Shown here in pieces: positions 29,883-39,021 of a stretch of DNA of 56,919 nt (its first letter is position 1; every line of letters begins with the position of its first letter). Under the pieces are notes generated by a model. It did no database searches. It saw only the letters and a list, made by a program, of their open reading frames with translations, and had not been told where the DNA came from. This stretch comes from Pseudomonas phage Phipami28. Made by a program: the position numbers and the translations under genes. The DNA lies in sequence record PV029746.1; one strand, 5' to 3'.

Positions 29883-30701
29883 TCAGGTAGACAGATCCGC
29901 CAGGGTTATCGCCTGGGTGTCAGGCGCAAACGTCGGCAGCTTCAGGCCTCCCAGGTGATCTCGCATGCCTTGCGCCACGAGTTGGGCACCGATCTTGGCC
30001 AAGGCGGCAGCAGCGCGGTCCCATTCAGCACCCAGGCGAATACATGTCGCGTCCCTGTGCTCCACCTGTGCCGCTTGTTCTGCTTGGTGCGCCTCGGCCA
30101 GTTGTTCGGCCAGACCCGCAGCCTCCTCCTCTAGAGCTGCAACCAGTGGGGCATTGGCCTCTGCTGATGCGCGCGCCGCCTTTGCCGCAGTGCCGGCCGC
30201 GTCTATCTTCGCCTGGGCGGCTTTGGCGGCCTTCTTGTCACCGCTCGCCGTGGCCCTGGCCATTTCCTGGGCTGCCGCTACCTCGACGTCCTTGGCCTGC
30301 TGGAGCGACTGCTCGGTGTTGCCCTGTATCTGCTCCAGATGGCCGCGCACCCGCTCCAGGCTTTCGGTGATGCTGGCGATACGTACCGCAGCAGCCTTCT
30401 CTTGCTCTGTCGCCAGGGCGATCCGCTCATCAGCGCCAGCTAACTTTTTGGCGTAGGCAATGCGGATGTCGAGTTGACGGAGGTTATGGTCAATCGAGTC
30501 AATGCTAGCCCTGGTGTTGGACAGGGCGTCGCGAGCCGCTTGCTTCTCTTCACTGCCTACCATGTTGCCCAGGTGCCAGCCAGTGGGAGCTTGCTCAAGG
30601 GCGTTTTCCAGGCGGGGTAGGTCTGCCTCCAGACGCTCCCGCTCCTCAATGAGATCCTGGCGCTGTTGTTGCAGTTGGTTCAGTTCGTTGTTGCCGCTCA
30701 T
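29883..30701 (-). CDS. Coiled-coil protein of unknown function
   Basis: ATG at 30701 with a GGAGAA RBS. 272 aa, Ala/Gln/Glu-rich heptad repeats. Confidence 0.4.
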   Translation of the reverse strand: MSGNNELNQLQQQRQDLIEERERLEADLPRLENALEQAPTGWHLGNMVGSEEKQAARDALSNTRASIDSIDHNLRQLDIRIAYAKKLAGADERIALATEQEKAAAVRIASITESLERVRGHLEQIQGNTEQSLQQAKDVEVAAAQEMARATASGDKKAAKAAQAKIDAAGTAAKAARASAEANAPLVAALEEEAAGLAEQLAEAHQAEQAAQVEHRDATCIRLGAEWDRAAAALAKIGAQLVAQGMRDHLGGLKLPTFAPDTQAITLADLST

Positions 30702-30957
30702 GCTGGGTTCTCCAGTGTTCAAAGGTTGTGGTGAATGCTGGCGCGCTAGGCCCGGTTCGCGGTGTTCCTCCATCGGTAATAGCGGTTCAGAGGGGCGGAA
30801 GCTCCGTATCAGCCCTGTAGCTACCCCATGCGGTCTGGTTGTCGGCGATTAGGACGGTGCGTATCCCTGCAACTCGGCGGCGACTCCGGTATCAGTCCGT
30901 CCAGCAGGGGCGCCATGCCCAAGTACTCAAGGTGAGCGCGAATCTCATCGTCGATGC

Positions 30958-31257
30958 TCATGGTCCTACCTCGGCGTCAGGCCATATCCCCTGCGCGTGC
31001 GCCAGCGCTTCGGCATGAGTGCAGGGCTCGCCAACCATGACGAAGGGACGGCAATCAGGGAGGCATACCCGCCAGTGCGCCCGACGCTCGATGCCATCGT
31101 TGGCGGCCAGTTCGGCGAGCAGTTCGAGGCGGTGTGCTTTGACGTACTTACGCACGTCATCGGTGAGCTTTGATGCAGGGGAGACGATGATGCGCTTCCC
31201 CTGTGCCTTGGCGGTCAAGCCACGTTCGCGGAGGAAGTCGATAGCAGCGCCCATCAC
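30958..31257 (-). CDS. Hypothetical protein
   Basis: 99 aa. 4-nt overlap with the upstream DUF3631 gene. Confidence 0.35.
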   Translation of the reverse strand: MMGAAIDFLRERGLTAKAQGKRIIVSPASKLTDDVRKYVKAHRLELLAELAANDGIERRAHWRVCLPDCRPFVMVGEPCTHAEALAHAQGIWPDAEVGP

Positions 31258-32804
31258 AGTGCCTCCGCATCGCTCTCGTCCCAGATCGGTTCCGGCCTCT
31301 CGACCTCTTTCCTGGGAGGGGGTGTTTTATCCGCGACACCGTGACAGCCTGCGTCGTTACTGGGCTGCGAGGTTTTTTTATCCGCGACAGAGAGGGGTGG
31401 TGTCGCGGATTTAAAATCTCTGGAGGTCGCGTGGGAGTAGGCGTGTCGCGCTGTCGCGGATGGAAGGGAGGGTTCGGGGGAAAGGTAGCGTCCGAAGGCG
31501 TCGGAGAAGTCGGCACGGTCGTACCCTTTCTTGTTGGTGGAGCCGATGCGGATGTCCTTCGACTTGATGCCGAACTCCGCCAGCTTGGCCGACAGTTGCC
31601 GGGGTGACATCGGCTTGCCTCGGTTCCAGGTCGCCCAGGGCGCCTCCTCATCGGCAACCAGTGCCTCGAGCAGATCGGCACTGAATACCTTGCTGGCGCT
31701 CTTCGCCTCGAACACCGCCTTTACGTCTGCCAGCAGCTCGGCACCGATGCTAGGAGATTCACCTTCCAGCCCGTGCAGGGCGATGGCAGCGTTGCGGGCC
31801 GACTTCGGCCAGTGGTCGCCGGCTAGGTCGGCAATGGCCAGCAGAGGCTCCCAAGCGTCGTTGGCGCGGTCGTTCAGGCCAGGGATGGGGGCCGGCCTTG
31901 CCTTGCCGATGGCCTCGGCGCTATCGAGCGCGAAGCGGGCCAGGCGCGAACGCAGCGACTCCCACAAGGCGGGGTCGGAGTGGCGCAGGCTCTCCACGTT
32001 TTCACCAGCGGTACGTCGCCGCAGACGCAATGGCACGCTGCGGTCGGCCAGGGTGTCGGCGATCTTGCCGATACCGCACAGCGCCTTGGCGCCCCACACG
32101 TTGAATGCGGTGGGCATGTGATCGTCTCCGACGCAGCGAATGACGATGGCGCTGTCTCGCGTGAAGCCGGCATTGAGGATGCCGCGGGCGTCTTCGTGGG
32201 CGGCCAGGAAGGCGTCTACCTCGTCTATCAGTAGTGTCGGTGCCCACAGCTCGATGGAGCGATACAGCGCAGCGGGGGCAATGTTCGACACCTGCAAGGG
32301 ACGGTTGGCCAACTTGCCCAGGGCGGTGAGCAAGATAGACTTGCCACAGCGCTTTTCCGGCGCAGTGATGTTGGCGATGGGCGCCACCTGCACCACGTCC
32401 ACCAGCCAGGTGAAGGCAGCCCACAACGCGGCAGCCCGCAGCGTTTCCTTGTCCGCGATCACGTGCCGGGCCAGGGCATGGGTCACGTCATCGAGCAGGT
32501 CTGCACCATCCACCGGCTCCGGCCACGGCTCCACCTCTTCGAAGATGCTGGCGTTAGCGGGCCCGGCGTCGTCGTCCACGCAGGCGGTTAAGCGATCGAA
32601 CTCGGCCATGCTTAGCACCTTGGCGTCCTTGACCTGGGCGCGCAGCCGGGCAAAGGCAGCGGGGTCCTTGGCGCGCATCTTCTTGAGCTGGCCGAGGATG
32701 GTGGTCTCGTACAGGGCGCCAGCATCCTCCTCCAGTCTCTTGAGCGCATCAGCCACTTGGTCAACGGTGGCCCATTGGTCTGCAAAGCGGTCTTGAGCTG
32801 TCAT
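31254..32804 (-). CDS. DUF3631 / P4-alpha-like primase-helicase C-terminal domain protein
   Basis: Walker A-like CGKSILLTALGKL and Walker B-like LLIDEVD. 516 aa. Downstream of and coupled to the CHC2 zinc-finger gene. Confidence 0.65.
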   Translation of the reverse strand: MTAQDRFADQWATVDQVADALKRLEEDAGALYETTILGQLKKMRAKDPAAFARLRAQVKDAKVLSMAEFDRLTACVDDDAGPANASIFEEVEPWPEPVDGADLLDDVTHALARHVIADKETLRAAALWAAFTWLVDVVQVAPIANITAPEKRCGKSILLTALGKLANRPLQVSNIAPAALYRSIELWAPTLLIDEVDAFLAAHEDARGILNAGFTRDSAIVIRCVGDDHMPTAFNVWGAKALCGIGKIADTLADRSVPLRLRRRTAGENVESLRHSDPALWESLRSRLARFALDSAEAIGKARPAPIPGLNDRANDAWEPLLAIADLAGDHWPKSARNAAIALHGLEGESPSIGAELLADVKAVFEAKSASKVFSADLLEALVADEEAPWATWNRGKPMSPRQLSAKLAEFGIKSKDIRIGSTNKKGYDRADFSDAFGRYLSPEPSLPSATARHAYSHATSRDFKSATPPLSVADKKTSQPSNDAGCHGVADKTPPPRKEVERPEPIWDESDAEAL

Positions 32805-33175
32805 TTGACCCCCAACCGCTGCTTTGCCAGGTGGAAGCGCGCCAGGTCTTCGGCGGCTATTTCCTTGCCTTGCTCGAGTAGGTTCTTGCCGATCAGGTAC
32901 ACCGCTCGCTCATGCTGGATGGCTTCACGGCTGGGGCCGGTGCGTTGGCGCTTCTCGCCCGGGAACAGGTCAGCCATCTGCAAGCCGACCGCCGCCACGA
33001 TCTCGGCAGCCGTGCAGCCAACCCAGCACTTGAGCAGGACCGTACCGTCCTCGGTCTCGGTGACGCGCAGGCTGGGTGACTTGTCGTCGTGGGCCGGACA
33101 GCAGGCTTTCCAGCGGCTTTTGCCGTCCGCCTTCACCTTGTCCAGGCGTGGCAGCAGCTTATCGATGGGGGTCAT
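32801..33175 (-). CDS. CHC2 zinc-finger primase N-terminal domain protein
   Basis: KACCPAHDDKSPSL DnaG-type CHC2 zinc finger. 124 aa. Confidence 0.6.
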   Translation of the reverse strand: MTPIDKLLPRLDKVKADGKSRWKACCPAHDDKSPSLRVTETEDGTVLLKCWVGCTAAEIVAAVGLQMADLFPGEKRQRTGPSREAIQHERAVYLIGKNLLEQGKEIAAEDLARFHLAKQRLGVK

Positions 33176-33462
33176 TGACCACCCCCTTGCCTCTGGCAGA
33201 AGGTGCGGCAGACCTCACCGTTGTTCCATGCATGCCAGCGAGTGGACTCGCTCACCTCATCGACCAGCGCGGACCTGACAACCGCGCCAGCGCTGCGCAT
33301 CAGGTGCCGACCACACTCGGCATCAGCGTGGGAGAGGAACGGGCCGAGGAGCGCACGGCTGACCTCGGGGTAATGGACGTAGAACAGTTCGACCGGCTGG
33401 GCGGCGTTCTCCGGGCAAGCCGATCCCGTCAGCGCCTCGCGGCGCTGCTGGACAGTGGTCAT
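33172..33462 (-). CDS. Hypothetical protein
   Basis: 96 aa, overlapping-coupled ORF chain. Confidence 0.3.
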   Translation of the reverse strand: MTTVQQRREALTGSACPENAAQPVELFYVHYPEVSRALLGPFLSHADAECGRHLMRSAGAVVRSALVDEVSESTRWHAWNNGEVCRTFCQRQGGGQ

Positions 33463-33464
33463 GG

Positions 33465-33770
33465 TTAGGCCTCCTGGGCGGTGCTGGTCAGGCCGGGGAA
33501 GAGGGCGAGAGTCTGAACCGCCGCCCTAGATGCGCGCCTGGGCGCTGGGGCTTTGCGCTTACCTCGCTTGGGGGCGAATCGCTCGTCCCACTCCAACTCG
33601 CCCACGCCGAGGAACCAGACGCACTCGTAGATTTCCAGCGCCTGGCCGGGGTGCTCGCGCCGCAGCATGCGCAGGGCCCGGCTTGCCTCAACCAGGGTGC
33701 GGATCGGGCCGGCCTTGCCGTAGGGGAATGCTGTCTTGTCGCGGGCCTGGATGCAGTAGTACCGAATCAC
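33465..33770 (-). CDS. Hypothetical protein
   Basis: 101 aa. Confidence 0.3.
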   Translation of the reverse strand: MIRYYCIQARDKTAFPYGKAGPIRTLVEASRALRMLRREHPGQALEIYECVWFLGVGELEWDERFAPKRGKRKAPAPRRASRAAVQTLALFPGLTSTAQEA

Positions 33771-34036
33771 TGGGCACCTCCCGCAGCGTCGAGCTGAGCC
33801 TGCAGATCAGAGACCCGAACGTCGGAGTAGTTGTGCAAGTCGAAGGCCAGGTAGCTGGCCAAGCTGGCCAGGTCCTGAGCCCGGGAGATCCTCACTCCCA
33901 CATCAGCCCGGCCACCCTCCAGCACGTCGTGAATCGACTTGACCACCGCATCCAGCCAGCGGGCCTGCTCCCGGCTATAGCGGACCTGCTCGATGGCTTC
34001 CTCGGCAACCATGGCCAACTTGTCATGAGCGCTCAT
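33767..34036 (-). CDS. Hypothetical protein
   Basis: 89 aa. Confidence 0.3.
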   Translation of the reverse strand: MSAHDKLAMVAEEAIEQVRYSREQARWLDAVVKSIHDVLEGGRADVGVRISRAQDLASLASYLAFDLHNYSDVRVSDLQAQLDAAGGAQ

Positions 34037-34266
34037 TGGGCACCCCCTTCCTGGGCAATCTCGGCTGCCTCACACAGGCTGTAACCAGCGTCTTTGACGT
34101 AGACCGAGATCGTCAGGACCGCATGGACCAGACCGTTGATGTGGTCCTTGTTGAGGAAGTGCTCGGAACCGTCGGCACCAAGCAGGTTGGCGATGGTTTC
34201 CAGGGCGAAGCCCGCGCCGGTCAGGTTGCCGCCGATGGAGTCGGAGAGCGTCACCAGGTTACGCAT
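34033..34266 (-). CDS. Hypothetical protein
   Basis: 77 aa. Confidence 0.3.
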   Translation of the reverse strand: MRNLVTLSDSIGGNLTGAGFALETIANLLGADGSEHFLNKDHINGLVHAVLTISVYVKDAGYSLCEAAEIAQEGGAQ

Positions 34267-34507
34267 GGGACACCTCCTTGGTCTTCAGAGCAGCAGCGAT
34301 CTCTTCGCAGGCATCGGCCCAGGCATCGCCCTCTAGGTTCTCCAGCCAGGCGCAGGCGTTGGACTGGGCTTCGAGGGAGCGCTGGATAGCGCGGTGGTGG
34401 TTGTAGCGGTTGAGTCGAACGGCAAGGGAGGAATTGCTGCGCAGGGCAGCAAGGGCCATTGCCCGGTGGGCGGCGACGCGTGCTTTGGACGGATTACGGG
34501 TGGTCAT
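34259..34507 (-). CDS. Hypothetical protein
   Basis: ATG at 34507 with a GGAG RBS. 82 aa. Confidence 0.3.
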   Translation of the reverse strand: MTTRNPSKARVAAHRAMALAALRSNSSLAVRLNRYNHHRAIQRSLEAQSNACAWLENLEGDAWADACEEIAAALKTKEVSHA

Positions 34508-34782
34508 GGGGTTAGCTCCAAGGCTGAAATGGAGCTGCCTCGACCCGTCGCCAAACGAGTAATGGAGGCAGCTGTGCGCAGGTTGGCGAACCGGGGCCTT
34601 GGTACCCGGCAGACCCGAAGGTCTCCCACGCACAGCCGCCATGACACGGAGCGGCAGGCACAAAAAAAGCGCCTGCTGTCGGTTGGGGCGCTTATGCGCC
34701 AAGGACATCGGGTCGCCAAACCCGGCCACGGGATTTACCGTGACGGGCAAACCATAGCGCCAGCATGGAGGGATTGCAAGCG

Positions 34783-35007
34783 TCATGCGACCTCCCCTCG
34801 GCTTTCAGCTACGCGAGCGTCACACCAGTCCATAACTTCGGACTCGATCCAAACAACGGACTTCGGACCAAGGATGACTTGTGCGGGGAAAGTCCCGGCT
34901 GCGATACGGCGATATATCTCGGAGCACGAAAGGCCGGTGATCTCTTCCACGGCCTGGCGCTTGATAAAGCGGCGGATGGGTTGGGTACTGCTGGTGGTGC
35001 TTGCCAT
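34783..35007 (-). CDS. alpA: AlpA-family phage transcriptional regulator (excisionase-like DNA-binding protein)
   Basis: RFIKRQAVEEITGLSCSEIYRRIAAGTFP AlpA-type HTH. ATG at 35007 with an AAGGAGG RBS. Confidence 0.65.
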   Translation of the reverse strand: MASTTSSTQPIRRFIKRQAVEEITGLSCSEIYRRIAAGTFPAQVILGPKSVVWIESEVMDWCDARVAESRGEVA

Positions 35008-35118
35008 CGTCTGCGCCTCCTTGGGCGTGATTGGAAACGATGGCTGCACGGTAAAGGTGAGGGTGGGGGTGACAGCTATGGGCGACATAGTGTCATCTCA
35101 CACTGTCACCCATTAGGG

Positions 35119-36021
35119 TCAATCGCCCGATATCGAGTCGGGCTTGATAGCTGATGCCAATACTATTGCTTTACGCGCCGGCTCATTATTTGACTGAAGC
35201 GAAAGATCTAATAACTCTCCAATTTCAATCCCGATCTCCTTCTGGGTCGGCTGCCTCTTATCTGGCGTATAGTCTGCCCAGTACTTCATAGCAGCAGCGT
35301 GCATGGCCTTGAGCTCTCTGGTGGCATAGGGAAAGGCAATTCCTGGTTCAGAAGAACTGCCAGCTAAGGGGACGTCCTCTCCGCCCGTTACAGGAGAGTC
35401 CACTGGACCAGTGACCACAAGCTCCTCACCCACCACCCTCAACTTTAAAAGTTCAAGCAATCTCCCAATTAGAGCTATATCATTTCCGTATCTTCCATAC
35501 AGTACAGGCGCATCCACACCAACTACACGAGCAATAGTATTTAGGCCAACTGACTCAACACGACTTCTAATTAGATCCTCGGATGACCGGGCCACTGGGT
35601 GGTTCGACATGAGGGGAAGCGAAGCGTTCATCTTACGCGCCAACGTCTCGATGTCTGCGGGCCTAACCTCGGGCCCTCTCGATTCATCGTACTCTTCCAA
35701 GCACCAGCGACACCCATGAAGAGTTCTAACACAAGACAAATCAGAAATATCGCCAATCAACTCGACCGAACTGTCATTATAAAGCTGAGACGGATTGCAC
35801 ACGCGAGAATACCCCACCCCAGCAACACTTATGGAATCACTCTCCTCATAGTTTATTAAAGTTCCGCGCCAACCTTCACAATTGAGGTAGACAGGACACT
35901 CCCCAAACTCACAAAGCTGAAGAGTCTCAAATATATCCAACTCAGTTCCTGTTAACTGCCTTAGCCACCTAGAAGCTTGCTCAATCGACAACCACGGGAA
36001 AAATCGATATGCCTTTTCCAA
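35119..36021 (-). CDS. Low-GC cargo protein of unknown function occupying the integrase position of the island
   Basis: 300 aa. TTG start at 36021 preceded by GGGGGAGG. GC content clearly below the surroundings. No recombinase R..HxxR..Y motifs. No recognisable domain. Confidence 0.45.
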   Translation of the reverse strand: MEKAYRFFPWLSIEQASRWLRQLTGTELDIFETLQLCEFGECPVYLNCEGWRGTLINYEESDSISVAGVGYSRVCNPSQLYNDSSVELIGDISDLSCVRTLHGCRWCLEEYDESRGPEVRPADIETLARKMNASLPLMSNHPVARSSEDLIRSRVESVGLNTIARVVGVDAPVLYGRYGNDIALIGRLLELLKLRVVGEELVVTGPVDSPVTGGEDVPLAGSSSEPGIAFPYATRELKAMHAAAMKYWADYTPDKRQPTQKEIGIEIGELLDLSLQSNNEPARKAIVLASAIKPDSISGD

Positions 36022-36175
36022 TTACATGCCTCCCCCAAGTGCTCCCCATCGAACGGATCGGCCAGCCTGGCAGGTGGGGGACCTGCTCTTCGCCCCGTCG
36101 GGCTAGGCTGGCCAAACGCTCTGCCGGCACTGGTTATCCGAACAGTAATAGCCAGATATTAACCACGGATGCTCC

Positions 36176-36210
36176 GGGAACAAAGGGGAATTGTCGGGAA
36201 CAAAGGGGAG
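36176..36210 (+). repeat. Direct repeats CGGGAACAAAGGGGA x2 (iteron / arm-site-like)
   Basis: Exact 14-15 bp repeat at 36176-36189 and 36197-36210, followed by a TTTGGGGG x2 repeat. Confidence 0.4.
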
Positions 36211-36315
36211 TAAATCGATGCAGAACCTCGGGGTACTTTTCGTTTTGGGGGTATATTTGGGGGAGTAGCCTAAAACACAAACCAGGGAAACCCCGTAAAT
36301 ACACGGACTGTAGCC

Positions 36316-36343
36316 CACAGTTCGATTCCGTCCCTGGGCACCA
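36316..36343 (+). other. tRNA 3'-end-like fragment (T-loop GTTCGATTCC ... CCTGGGCACCA); putative att core
   Basis: T-loop, 3' acceptor strand, discriminator A and CCA are present, but no matching 5' acceptor strand or D/anticodon arms lie upstream. Confidence 0.35.
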
Positions 36344-36354
36344 TGAATACGACG

Positions 36355-36383
36355 AAAAGGCTCACCTCCGGGTGGGCCTTTTT
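36355..36383 (-). terminator. Bidirectional terminator-like hairpin downstream of the SDR gene
   Basis: AAAAGGCTCACC tccg GGTGGGCCTTTTT. Confidence 0.4.
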
Positions 36384-36399
36384 GCTTTCCGCCGTTCGC

Positions 36400-37137
36400 C
36401 TAGACGTGCTGCCCGCCGTTGACGTGGATTTCCGCGCCATTCACGTAGGATGCGCCGCTGGTGCAGAGGAAGTAGATCAGCGAAGCGATCTCCTCCGGCC
36501 GGCCGAGGCGGTGCAGCGGGATGCTGCGCTCGACGATCTCCTCGGTGCCCGGCGACAGGATCGAGGTGTCGATCTCCCCCGGCGCGATGGCGTTCACCCG
36601 CACCCCATGCGGGCCGAAGTCGTGGGCCATCTCGCGGGTCAGCGCGGACAACGCCGCCTTGGAAGTGGCGTAGGCCACCCCGGCGAATGGATGCACCTTC
36701 GAGCCGGCGATGGAGGTCACGTTGATCACCGTTCCCTGCGCCGCCTTCAGCTCGGCGAACAGGCCGCGCGCCAGCAGCGCGGTGGAGAACAGGTTGACGT
36801 TGAACACCCGCAGCCAGGTGGCGTAGTCGGTTTCCAGCACACCGAGGCGCTCGCCGCCTTCGCCCTTGGGCGAGATGCCGGCATTGTCCACCAGCGCGTG
36901 GAGCCGGCCGTCGCCGAGCTTCTCGCGGATCAGTTCCAGGCTGGCCTCGACGCCGGGAATGTCCTCCAGATCCAGGTGGATGTGGTTTTCCTCGCCGTCC
37001 GCCCAGGGACATTCGCTGGCCCAGCTCTGCCGCGACGCGGTGAACACCCGCCAACCCGCGGCATTGAAGTACTTCACCGTGGCATGCCCGATACCGCGGC
37101 TCGCCCCGGTCAGCAACAGGGTCTTTCTCTCCGCCAT
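36400..37137 (-). CDS. SDR family oxidoreductase (short-chain dehydrogenase/reductase)
   Basis: TGASRGIG Rossmann motif, NNAG and YxxxK catalytic motifs. Start taken at MAERKTLLLTG. Confidence 0.8.
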   Translation of the reverse strand: MAERKTLLLTGASRGIGHATVKYFNAAGWRVFTASRQSWASECPWADGEENHIHLDLEDIPGVEASLELIREKLGDGRLHALVDNAGISPKGEGGERLGVLETDYATWLRVFNVNLFSTALLARGLFAELKAAQGTVINVTSIAGSKVHPFAGVAYATSKAALSALTREMAHDFGPHGVRVNAIAPGEIDTSILSPGTEEIVERSIPLHRLGRPEEIASLIYFLCTSGASYVNGAEIHVNGGQHV

Positions 37138-37295
37138 ACGCCCTCCGTGAAGGCCTGCTGGAATGAACGCGACTCGCACAGCCTACAAGGAATGACGAAT
37201 CGCCGCGGCGGATCTTTCGCCCATCCCGGCGAACGGCCGAGCGTGAGCCAGGCAGTGCCGATAGACTAGGCGGACCTTGTCCGGACCCCCGATCG

Positions 37296-37985
37296 ATGCT
37301 GAAGAAAAGCTTCAACTCCCTGCTCACCACCTGGCTCGCCGGCCTGCTGGTGATGCTGCCGCTGGTACTCACCCTGGCCTTGCTGGCCTGGGTGGTCAGC
37401 TTGCTGAACCGCTTCGTCGGTCCATCCAGCCTGATCGGTCGCGGCTTCGCCGCCATCGGCCAGCCGCTCGCCGGCGATTCGCCACTGGCCTACCTGCTCG
37501 GTACCGCGCTACTGCTGGTAGCCATCTACCTGCTTGGCCTCGGCGTACAGCTAGGCCTGAAGCGGCCGCTGGCCAACCTGTTCGACCTGACCCTGCGGCG
37601 CACCCCGCTGATCGGCAACCTGTACAACCTGGCCGACCGTTTCGTCGGCCTGCTGGACAAGAAGCAGGACGCCGACATCGCCGCGATGAGTCCGGTGTGG
37701 TGTTTCTTCGGCGGCGACGGCGCCGCCGTGCTGGCGCTGATGCCCAACCCCGAAGCGGTGGAACTGGACGGCCGCGCGCACTACGCGATCCTGGTGCCGA
37801 CCGCGCCGATCCCGGTGGGCGGCGGCCTGCTCTACGTTCCGGTGGAATGGGTGAAACCGGCACAGATCGGCATGGACACCTTCACCAGCATCTATGTGTC
37901 GATGGGCATCACCCCACCGCCGCCGCTGGCCGCCGCCAAGGTGCTGGCGGAGCCGTGCGCGGAGCAGCCGCCGGCGGCTCCATAG
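37296..37985 (+). CDS. DUF502 family membrane protein
   Basis: 229 aa. Two N-terminal TM helices. Family recalled from memory. Confidence 0.5.
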   Translation: MLKKSFNSLLTTWLAGLLVMLPLVLTLALLAWVVSLLNRFVGPSSLIGRGFAAIGQPLAGDSPLAYLLGTALLLVAIYLLGLGVQLGLKRPLANLFDLTLRRTPLIGNLYNLADRFVGLLDKKQDADIAAMSPVWCFFGGDGAAVLALMPNPEAVELDGRAHYAILVPTAPIPVGGGLLYVPVEWVKPAQIGMDTFTSIYVSMGITPPPPLAAAKVLAEPCAEQPPAAP

Positions 37986-38233
37986 GCGGTCCTGCGTGCT
38001 CAGGAACGGGGCGCGCACCGACCTCCAGGCTCTGCCTCAGGTCAGGGTTCGCCAGGAGTTTTCTTCGAAAGCCGACAGTTTTGTTCCTACGCGACAGCGC
38101 ACTGCAGCGATGCGACAAGATGCCGCCAACCCCGCTCCAGAGGCACGCAGCCTGCTTGGCTCCGGTTGAAGCGCTGTGCTAGCTTGCCTTCGCCAGGAAG
38201 GCCCTTCCAATCCGAATAACAAGAGGAAAATCC

Positions 38234-39007
38234 ATGGCCGAGGCCACCCCCGCACTGGAAATCCGTAACCTGCACAAGCGCTACGGCGACCTCGAAGTGC
38301 TCAAGGGCATCTCCCTCACCGCCCGCGACGGCGACGTGATCTCCATCCTCGGATCGTCCGGCTCGGGCAAATCCACCTTCCTGCGCTGCATCAACCTGCT
38401 GGAGAACCCGCACCAGGGCCAGATCCTGGTCTCCGGCGAAGAGCTGCGCCTGAAGAAGAGCAAGAACGGCGACCTGGTCGCCGCCGACAGCCAGCAGATC
38501 AACCGGCTGCGCAGCGAACTCGGTTTCGTCTTCCAGAATTTCAACCTGTGGCCGCACATGAGCATCCTCGACAACGTGATCGAGGCGCCACGTCGCGTAC
38601 TGGGCAAGAGCAAGGCCGAAGCGATCGAGATCGCCGAGGGCCTACTGGCCAAGGTCGGCATCGCCGACAAGCGCCACAGCTATCCCGCGCAACTTTCCGG
38701 CGGCCAGCAGCAGCGCGCGGCCATCGCCCGGACCCTGGCCATGCAACCCAAGGTGATCCTGTTCGACGAGCCCACCTCGGCGCTCGACCCGGAAATGGTA
38801 CAGGAAGTGCTTAACGTGATCCGTGCGCTCGCCGAAGAGGGCCGGACCATGCTGCTGGTCACCCACGAAATGAGCTTCGCCCGCCAGGTTTCCAGCGAGG
38901 TGGTATTCCTCCACCAGGGCCTGGTAGAAGAGCAGGGAACGCCGCAACAGGTTTTCGAAAACCCCCAGTCGGCGCGCTGCAAACAGTTCATGTCCAGCCA
39001 CCGCTAA
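38234..39007 (+). CDS. Polar amino acid ABC transporter ATP-binding protein (HisP/AotP-like)
   Basis: Walker A GSSGSGKST, ABC signature LSGGQQQR, Walker B ILFDEPTSALD. Confidence 0.85.
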   Translation: MAEATPALEIRNLHKRYGDLEVLKGISLTARDGDVISILGSSGSGKSTFLRCINLLENPHQGQILVSGEELRLKKSKNGDLVAADSQQINRLRSELGFVFQNFNLWPHMSILDNVIEAPRRVLGKSKAEAIEIAEGLLAKVGIADKRHSYPAQLSGGQQQRAAIARTLAMQPKVILFDEPTSALDPEMVQEVLNVIRALAEEGRTMLLVTHEMSFARQVSSEVVFLHQGLVEEQGTPQQVFENPQSARCKQFMSSHR

Positions 39008-39021
39008 CGGAGCAACACCGC

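Larger units (their letters stand above)
29300..36343 (-). mobile_element. Integrase-less P4/PICI-like genomic island remnant (AlpA + split primase replication module + cargo)
   Basis: Co-oriented minus-strand genes for AlpA, small ORFs, a CHC2 zinc-finger primase and DUF3631. Low-GC cargo ORF at the integrase-proximal end. tRNA 3'-end-like fragment and direct repeats at 36176-36343. The left boundary is uncertain. Confidence 0.45.

Noticed and set aside
36343-37269. Plus-strand 308-aa ORF overlapping the SDR gene
   Set aside because: It is antisense to a well-supported SDR reductase with Rossmann and catalytic motifs, and its composition is that of a GC-rich spurious frame.
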